This document shows positions 26,230 through 32,000 of a DNA stretch of 32,000 bases, piece by piece (positions within the stretch are counted from its first letter, which is position 1; the number at the start of each line of letters is the position of its first letter). The translations under genes were made by a program, and so were the position numbers. This DNA comes from Candidatus Altimarinota bacterium (lineage in GTDB: Bacteria > Patescibacteriota > Gracilibacteria > UBA1369), in the NCBI GenBank assembly GCA_041659405.1, contig JBAZYK010000013.1:22325-54324 (forward strand). The letters run 5' to 3'. The notes below the pieces were generated by a model. It worked only from the letters and a program-made list of their open reading frames with translations. It made no database searches and was not told the DNA's origin.

Positions 26230-27916
26230 TCAAAGGCCCCGCGGCAGGAGTAGCAGATCTGGGCACAGTAGTCGCAGCAGGTACAGGAACTTTTGTAGTT
26301 GGTACGATTGGGACGAGCATATTGTAGCTCTGACCCGGACTCAGGTTAGAACTCTGAAAACCATTATCCAAACTCAATCCCGTTGGGCCGGAAAGCTCGA
26401 TTGGAGCTCTTTGAACTTTGGCCTGATCACCGGTAATTCTGCTTAAATATTTTTGAGGCAACGTACTAATCGGCAAATAAGAAAGCGGCATATAATCCAA
26501 AGGATCAACATGTAATCCGCCTTTAATGACTTCAAAATGCAAATGCGCGCCGGTTGTCATCGCGCCCGCACCTTTAGTTCCCGGCGTTCCTCCGGACAGA
26601 CCAATTGTTTGTCCCTGAATAATTTTTTGGCCATTCTGAACCAGAATTTGGGAAACGTGCCCATATAAAGTCATAAATCCACCAGAATGAGCCAAAATAA
26701 CATAGCTGTATCCAAAGCCATTATCGCGTGTTTTATAAACCACGCCATCCGCCGGAGCATGAATCGCCGTACCCTGATTTATTGGAATATCAATGGCCTG
26801 ATGCTCCATTCCCATAACCACTCTATAAGCTTGATCATGAAAATAAGCGCTAAGTCCACGATTTGGACTAACCGGCCAACGTGGATTAAATCCATCAATA
26901 GCCTGTGTGTTGCGAATATAATCGTAAACCGAAGTTGTATCCTTCCCCAAAACAGCCTGATAATCGTTTGGATTAAATTTATCCCCAAGTTCATTAATTT
27001 TCTTTTGGATAAACGACAAATTATCACGCAAGGACTGAATATCCTTTAAAGTCTGATCTTCCTGCTGTTTAGACTGATCCAATAACTGCTGGTAAATTTC
27101 CTGTTGGCCCTGTGTTTCCGCCAAGAGTTGGGCTTTACCCTGTTTTTGGATTTCCAGATTTTTGCGTTCGCTATCCAATTGTCTTCCCAGCATTTGCATC
27201 ATATTTCTGGCATTTTCAATCTCTGTTTGGTCGTTTTGCTGCGCCTTAACCAGATTTTCCAATCTGACAAAAATCGTATTTCCGGCATTTTCCAAAACCT
27301 TAAAATAGCGCATTTCCTGCAAAATTTCGCCAACCGGCTTGTCGGATAAAAGCAGTTTTGCCACATTTACAGACTCGTCACTGCCATCATAAACTGCACG
27401 ATCCTGCTGGTACAAAATCTTCACATATTCAAACAACATCTGTTTCTGATTTTCAATTTCCATTTTTTTAATTTGGATATCCTCTTCCAAAGCCACAATG
27501 CGATTTTCTTTATCGCTGATTTGCCATTCAACATTTTTTATAAGATCAGTCGTATTGGCAATTTGATCATCAATATTTTGGAGTTGAGTTTGAAGAGTAA
27601 GAACCTGAGTTTGAATATTTTTCATCTTATCCTGAGTATCATTCATGTTGCGCTTGATGTTGATGTAATCACTTTGCGCAGCCTGTAATTGATCTTTAAC
27701 CTGGGTTAAAAATCCACTTCGTGCAACACCCTGCAGATTTTGGGAAGGATCGGCCTGTTGAGCTTGTGCAGGGTCAGCGACGGTCTGTTGAGCCTGGGCA
27801 GGATCCATCACCGCCTGTTGCGCCAAAATAATTTTCTCGGACGCGCTAAAAGTAATGACAAATGCCAAAAGTGCGCTTAGAATAGTCCAAAATTTGTTTT
27901 TCCTCTGATCTTTCAT
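26153..27916 (-). CDS. M23-family peptidase with N-terminal coiled coil (EnvC-like) and P/A/T-rich tail
   Basis: Signal peptide MKDQRKNKFWTILSALLAFVITFSASEKIILAQ; long coiled coil; LytM motifs 'GMEHQAIDIPINQGTAIHAPADG', 'YGHVSQILVQNGQKIIQGQTIGLSGGTPGTKGAGAMTTGAHLHFEV'. ATG at 27916 preferred over the ORF track start at 28051. Confidence 0.9.
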   Translation of the reverse strand: MKDQRKNKFWTILSALLAFVITFSASEKIILAQQAVMDPAQAQQTVADPAQAQQADPSQNLQGVARSGFLTQVKDQLQAAQSDYINIKRNMNDTQDKMKNIQTQVLTLQTQLQNIDDQIANTTDLIKNVEWQISDKENRIVALEEDIQIKKMEIENQKQMLFEYVKILYQQDRAVYDGSDESVNVAKLLLSDKPVGEILQEMRYFKVLENAGNTIFVRLENLVKAQQNDQTEIENARNMMQMLGRQLDSERKNLEIQKQGKAQLLAETQGQQEIYQQLLDQSKQQEDQTLKDIQSLRDNLSFIQKKINELGDKFNPNDYQAVLGKDTTSVYDYIRNTQAIDGFNPRWPVSPNRGLSAYFHDQAYRVVMGMEHQAIDIPINQGTAIHAPADGVVYKTRDNGFGYSYVILAHSGGFMTLYGHVSQILVQNGQKIIQGQTIGLSGGTPGTKGAGAMTTGAHLHFEVIKGGLHVDPLDYMPLSYLPISTLPQKYLSRITGDQAKVQRAPIELSGPTGLSLDNGFQSSNLSPGQSYNMLVPIVPTTKVPVPAATTVPRSATPAAGPLTKAIPAFQMSAPAVAPVPVKASASN

Positions 27917-28161
27917 GGTTTTTAAGTTATTCTCAATATTATAGCGAAAAAACAAAAATTGAACAATGCAAGAGGCCGCAAAAAGGTCGCCAGCTAGCGG
28001 AAAGACCTTGCAAATAAGCAATTTTATGGCAAAATGTACCCGCAAGAGCACAAAACCCTAAATTTCCCTTGCATCAACTCCAACATTTCAGTAAAATCCC
28101 ACTGCTAGACATACTTTTTGAAGATGTCTCTTACCTAAAGTAATTATTAATTTAAGTTAGT

Positions 28162-28437
28162 ATGGCACATAAAAAAGCCGGAGGTTCTACAAGTAACGGA
28201 CGAGATTCACAAGCCAAAAGACTTGGTGTTAAAATTTTTGGCGGACAAGTTGTACGCGCTGGAAACATCATTATTCGTCAACGTGGAACAAAATGGCATC
28301 CAGGTAAAAACGTTGGTATGGGTAAAGATCACACCATTTTTGCTTTGATTCCTGGAAAGGTTCAGTTTCAGGAGAAGCAACTTAAAAAGTACGATGGTCG
28401 TGTGTTTAAGGACGTTCATGTTAACGTTGTTGCCTAA
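28162..28437 (+). CDS. rpmA: 50S ribosomal protein L27
   Basis: '[69 protein letters not shown]'. Confidence 0.98.
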   Translation: MAHKKAGGSTSNGRDSQAKRLGVKIFGGQVVRAGNIIIRQRGTKWHPGKNVGMGKDHTIFALIPGKVQFQEKQLKKYDGRVFKDVHVNVVA

Positions 28438-28486
28438 CCTAAAAGGGCTTTCTTGGTGCACATAAGGCTATATTTTTTCGTAAAGC

Positions 28487-29182
28487 ATGCCTGATTTCGA
28501 GTCATTTTCAGGGGGTAACGACCGTTCGGAAGCAATGGATCCGGCGGCCTTTGAGCGTTTCAAAGAAAGAATGGCGGCGGCCGCAGCTCAACTAAAAGCC
28601 ATTCAGGCAGGGGAGCAAAAACAAAAGAAAAAGGAAGATGAATTGGTGAAAATTCTGTTAAAATTTATTCAAACAGGTCAAAAAAGAGACTTAATGCTGC
28701 TGGTTTCCAGACTTCTGGAACAAAATATACCGGCTGCGTTTATTGTTGGTATTCTTTTGATCAACAATCCGGAAATGCAGCAGGAAATTGGTTTAAAACT
28801 TTTGCCGGCAGGGGACATAGAAGATAAAATTGCCGTCCAGGACCAAAATCAGACTCTGCCGGATCGTTATATGCCGGACCAGACCCTGCCTTTAAAGATT
28901 AAAATTGCCATTGATGCCTGGATTCAGGAAATGATCAAATATGCCTACGAAAAGCCATATCGTCTGGTTGAAACGGGTTTGGATACGGATGGATTAATTA
29001 AACTTCCACTGCTTCAACTCACTATTATTTGTTTGGAGGATTTTTTGATTCAAAACGAGGTTCAATGCGATTATCAAACCCTAAAAAGTTTCATGAGCTT
29101 AATGCTCGAAGGCATTTTTAAGAAAATCCAGGAACAGCTAAAAACCCGCAAAGAGTTAAAGGATGGGACAGACCAAGCCTAA
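28487..29182 (+). CDS. Hypothetical protein, charged N-terminus, helical
   Basis: Intact ORF of 231 aa in a same-strand run after rpmA, followed by a terminator-like hairpin. No family recognised. Confidence 0.65.
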   Translation: MPDFESFSGGNDRSEAMDPAAFERFKERMAAAAAQLKAIQAGEQKQKKKEDELVKILLKFIQTGQKRDLMLLVSRLLEQNIPAAFIVGILLINNPEMQQEIGLKLLPAGDIEDKIAVQDQNQTLPDRYMPDQTLPLKIKIAIDAWIQEMIKYAYEKPYRLVETGLDTDGLIKLPLLQLTIICLEDFLIQNEVQCDYQTLKSFMSLMLEGIFKKIQEQLKTRKELKDGTDQA

Positions 29183-29238
29183 GCCAAGCCAAGCCGGGCC
29201 GCGCTCATGCCGCAACCTCACTCCATTTCATCCTTGCC

Positions 29239-29273
29239 AAGCGTTTAGGCCTTTTTAAAAAGCCCGCTTTTTT
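29239..29273 (+). terminator. Candidate intrinsic terminator for the 28487-29182 gene, overlapping the 3' end of the convergent gene
   Basis: AAGCG-ttta-GGCCTTTTTAAAAAGCC-CGCTTTTTTTC: interrupted long stem followed by a T-run. Confidence 0.55.
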
Positions 29274-29481
29274 CTATGGCTTCAAAAATTTCATCTTCAG
29301 TTAAACCTTGAAGTTTTTTTATGATGATATATTCGCAAATTTCTTTTACCTCCTCCAAATCTTTCAAAGCAAACTCATGCAAAACTCTTTCCAGTTTTTC
29401 CAAATCCGGCTCGGAAATACTATTTTCCGCACCAAAAATCAAAAAGTAATCCTTAAGCTCTTTTTTAAAATTTTCATCCAT
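29245..29481 (-). CDS. Hypothetical small helical, acidic protein
   Basis: MDENFKKELKDYFLIFGAENSISEPDLEKLERVLHEFALKDLEEVKEICEYIIIKKLQGLTEDEIFEAIEKSGLFKKA; begins just downstream of tRNA-His on the same strand. Confidence 0.55.
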   Translation of the reverse strand: MDENFKKELKDYFLIFGAENSISEPDLEKLERVLHEFALKDLEEVKEICEYIIIKKLQGLTEDEIFEAIEKSGLFKKA

Positions 29482-29516
29482 AATCAACAATTGTTAATTA
29501 CTAATTTTTAATTGAA

Positions 29517-29593
29517 TGGGGTGGCCTATGGGGCTCGAACCCACGACCCTCGGGACCACAACCCGATGCTCTGCCAACTGAGCTAAGGCCACC
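29517..29593 (-). tRNA. tRNA-His (anticodon GTG), with encoded G-1, C73 and CCA
   Basis: Reverse strand G-GTGGCCT-TA-GCTC-AGTTGGCA-GAGC-A-TCGGG-TTGTGGT-CCCGA-GGGTC-GTGGG-TTCGAGC-CCCAT-AGGCCAC-C-CCA; full cloverleaf, and G-1:C73 is the His identity element. Confidence 0.97.
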
Positions 29594-29616
29594 ATGCTGG
29601 CTGTTTTTGCTGGGAA

Positions 29617-29645
29617 ATTATATATAAAGCGCCGGGAAAACACAA
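29617..29645 (-). promoter_or_regulatory. Putative sigma70-type promoter for tRNA-His
   Basis: Reverse strand TTGTGT - 17 bp - TATAAT, with the -10 box 23 bp upstream of the tRNA 5' end. Confidence 0.6.
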
Positions 29646-29697
29646 ACCGCTTTTTTGCGCGCCCGCGACCGGAAATATTCCACTTCCCAAATCATTC

Positions 29698-29833
29698 CTC
29701 CTAAACTTCTGCATCCTGCGTCCGGATACACCAAGACACCCCCCGAAACTTGCAGGGGGCGTCTTTTGGGTCTTAGGAGTACCAACGCCCTAGAAAAGCC
29801 TTAGTATCCTAAAAACATGAAGGAATAATCCTT
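29698..29833. ncRNA. Possible structured RNA / attenuator region in an ORF-poor gap
   Basis: Nested/overlapping inverted repeats: AAGAC-a-CCCCC ... GGGGG-c-GTCTT (29733-29765); CTCCTAA (29698-29704) with TTAGGAG (29773-29779); GGATAC (29724-29729) with GTATCC (29804-29809); AAGGA-ATAA-TCCTT (29820-29833). Confidence 0.3.
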
Positions 29834-29892
29834 AAACGTAACAAAGTCTCTCTATGGCCTGAGCTTAGCGTATTTCGCCAGCCCGACCTCAT

Positions 29893-30861
29893 CTATGTTC
29901 CAAAAAATTTATTCAGATCGTATGGGATCAACGTAGCATCGTAATTGCGCTCTACCGCGCCCACCTGCGTCGTTATACCCAAACGTTTCTCATCGTCATT
30001 AAAAAACTCTTCACCGTGAAATATCCTAGTTTTCAAATAATTATATTTTGCCTGTAACACCTTATTTTGAGTTCCCAATTTTCTGAACTCTCCTCCGTGT
30101 AGTATATAGTAATTATATGTTTCTGCAAAGTCTTCAAACGGATCACTCATTGCATAACCGGAAACAAAGTCCATTCTGGAAGCATCTGGTCTTAATGTTT
30201 TCTCATCCAGAAAGCTCAAACTGTAAAATTCCAAACTCGGATCGTCTTTGTAAACAGGGTTATTTCCATCTTGGAAATCGCTTTCTTCAGATGAAGAATT
30301 TCCTTCCACAACGCCCGTATCTACAATGTGTCCCATTTCATGTACCAAAACCGATACAAGTTCCGTGTCCGTAACTCCAACACATCTTAAAATGACGGTA
30401 GAGCCTCCGCCAAGCCCACGACGTGCATCCGCAGAAAATGACAATGTCAGATTTTGGAGATGAGCTGTGGCTTTTTTGGGGAGACTTAAGAGTGTCCGAT
30501 AAGCCAGAGATTCGCAATGATTCAAAGAACCGGTAGAATCTGAACTAACAGATTCTGGGCCAGAGTGAAGATTTATGCCAAGATTTTCGATTCCTTTGGC
30601 ATAATTATCGTCACCAACATTACTGCCCGAAACAAATTGATTATACTCAATATATTTAGTCTTAGCAAGCGCATTGTTTTCAAGGAGCTGGTTTAGTGAA
30701 GAGCCCAGTGTTGCTATGCTTGAGCCATTAAAGCCTGCTGTGTTCGCGCTTCCTGCGGAGGAAATTGATGCTTGCAGACTTGACGTTGACGGTCCTGCAA
30801 ACCCAATCAAATTCCAGAGCAAAATCCAAAGGTTAAAGAATGTTACGAATTGTTTAGTCAT
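29893..30861 (-). CDS. Secreted putative zinc metallopeptidase (HExxH, candidate gluzincin)
   Basis: Hydrophobic N-terminus 'FVTFFNLWILLWNLIGFAG'; 'TELVSVLVHEMGHIVDTG'; downstream 'YAMSDPFEDFAETYNYYILHG' with a possible third-ligand Glu. Confidence 0.7.
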   Translation of the reverse strand: MTKQFVTFFNLWILLWNLIGFAGPSTSSLQASISSAGSANTAGFNGSSIATLGSSLNQLLENNALAKTKYIEYNQFVSGSNVGDDNYAKGIENLGINLHSGPESVSSDSTGSLNHCESLAYRTLLSLPKKATAHLQNLTLSFSADARRGLGGGSTVILRCVGVTDTELVSVLVHEMGHIVDTGVVEGNSSSEESDFQDGNNPVYKDDPSLEFYSLSFLDEKTLRPDASRMDFVSGYAMSDPFEDFAETYNYYILHGGEFRKLGTQNKVLQAKYNYLKTRIFHGEEFFNDDEKRLGITTQVGAVERNYDATLIPYDLNKFFGT

Positions 30862-31112
30862 AGGTACAAAAGAAATTCTCGGTTGAGTTTTTCTTTTTGT
30901 TTAATGACTAGTGATAGACCACTTTATTTTTGGGTCTTCGCCTTCTCCATTAGATTTTGTTCCGGGACTTGATTTTAGATTTTTTAACGAAATTTTTTCT
31001 GATCGATCCGATTACCGATGAGGATGATTTTTCCATTCCATCGCCACCATGTTTTCGGATTTTTCAGAAGATGTAATTATAACAAGAATTTAAGATAAGT
31101 CAAGGAAAACAT

Positions 31113-31811
31113 TTACTTGATGTACTTTAAAGCACCTGCAGCGGTTCCAAAAACCATCGGCAATTTAATCCACCACGGAACTCTCCCCCCGCCTATTACG
31201 GTTACTCCACCTTCAGCCAGCGCAGCTAACACCATTGGAGTCATTGGCAAATCAAAAGCAATACCAAGGAGCCCCAATACAAGCATAATTCCGGCTTCAG
31301 TCCAGCCTTCAGTTTCAAGATCTTTTCGTCTAATTACCCCAATAATCAGAGCCATTAAACCCAAATTTAAAACCCAAGGAGAAACATCGGCTGTTGCTTT
31401 GACTATCTTATCTCCTCCTGCTTTTACAACCTCGGTCGTATCAAAATACGCTCCAGATATTCTATCGGAAATCGTAGGTTCAGGATGACGATATCCCGGC
31501 ACGGATGCCCTTTCGCGATCTTGTTTTTCAGCTTGTGCTTGGGCTGCAGGGCCGAATCCCGAAGTATGAGAGTCTTTTGGAGGCTCTATTCCACATCCGG
31601 AAAGCAACAAGCCACCAGACAATAATAGTGGGGCTAACTTAGTTGATATTGCAGACATCGCACTTGTAATACGTGCCCTGGTTTCAGGGGAATCATCCAG
31701 AGTTTTGCCTGAAGAAGGCATTAGTTCGGTTCCGGTAGCGCTCATTTCAGATAACCCAGGTTGTAAATTGTGTGCAGCTTCCATAAGTATGCTTATTAAA
31801 GAAGCATACAT
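31113..31811 (-). CDS. Hypothetical lipoprotein with C-terminal TM segments
   Basis: Lipobox 'MSAISTKLAPLLLSGGLLLSGCG' preceded by extra N-terminal residues, then TM segments 'WVLNLGLMALIIGVI' and 'AGIMLVLGLLGIAF'. True start may be the internal ATG near 31658. Confidence 0.6.
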   Translation of the reverse strand: MYASLISILMEAAHNLQPGLSEMSATGTELMPSSGKTLDDSPETRARITSAMSAISTKLAPLLLSGGLLLSGCGIEPPKDSHTSGFGPAAQAQAEKQDRERASVPGYRHPEPTISDRISGAYFDTTEVVKAGGDKIVKATADVSPWVLNLGLMALIIGVIRRKDLETEGWTEAGIMLVLGLLGIAFDLPMTPMVLAALAEGGVTVIGGGRVPWWIKLPMVFGTAAGALKYIK

Positions 31812-32000
31812 TAATGCAAAAGCACGAAAAAGTCAACCGGAAGTCTAACTTAAGGTAACAAGTTCGCAAGAACAGGATCATACGCTTTTTGGTTTGAATA
31901 AATTAAATCGCTAGACATAGAGCTGAACAATGCGATATAAAAAGAAATCAACATCACTCACCCCACGAACCAGTAATCTGAATCCTTTTAATCTGGCATT

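Noticed and set aside
29174-29195. AAGCC repeated four times, considered as a microsatellite or DR unit
   Set aside because: Too short and at the end of a CDS; no wider repeat or spacer pattern.
29594-29892. tmRNA, RNase P RNA or SRP RNA in the gap
   Set aside because: I did not find the tmRNA tag/T-arm ends, the RNase P GAGGAAAGTCCGGGC core or the SRP GGTCAGG...GGAAGGAAGCAGCC core on either strand.
31117-31488. 123-aa plus-strand ORF
   Set aside because: Antisense to the lipoprotein gene, no recognisable domain, no upstream signals.
1-32000. CRISPR array, transposon ends, prophage genes, attachment sites near tRNA-His
   Set aside because: No regular repeat-spacer pattern, no transposase/integrase/phage proteins and no obvious duplicated tRNA 3' end were seen by eye. 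A full self-dotplot would be needed to exclude short direct repeats.

Overview
The window looks like compact chromosomal DNA from a Patescibacteria/CPR-like bacterium. This is an inference from tightly packed genes, A/T-rich sequence, TGA used as a stop, and CPR-style small proteins; there is no 16S to confirm it. Identifiable content, left to right: the C-terminus of a type I restriction R subunit; an ABC-F ATPase; an EngB/YsxC GTPase - RecQ - duplicated CxxC zinc-ribbon/RG-rich protein operon (minus strand); a ZnuA-like metal-binding lipoprotein; an ECF sigma factor / membrane partner / secreted small protein / MacA-MacB-like exporter / DUF5666-like cluster; a minus-strand run of FMN_bind, ApbE flavin transferase, NqrB/RnfD-like membrane protein and a YadG/YadH-like ABC-2 exporter; a two-gene glutathione pathway (A. 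ferrooxidans-type GshA plus GshB); a Fur-family regulator with ZnuB/ZnuC; YibE/F; PEBP; endonuclease III; an M23 peptidase; ribosomal protein L27; tRNA-His; a secreted HExxH metallopeptidase; and a lipoprotein. The points most worth following up are: (1) a translationally coupled flavinylation module joined to an ABC exporter; (2) a matching 17-bp palindrome upstream of znuA and znuC, a candidate Zur operator; (3) an ECF-sigma efflux cluster whose periplasmic adaptor has an inserted beta-rich domain; (4) nested inverted repeats in an ORF-free gap near tRNA-His, a possible structured RNA. No CRISPR array, transposon or prophage was seen.
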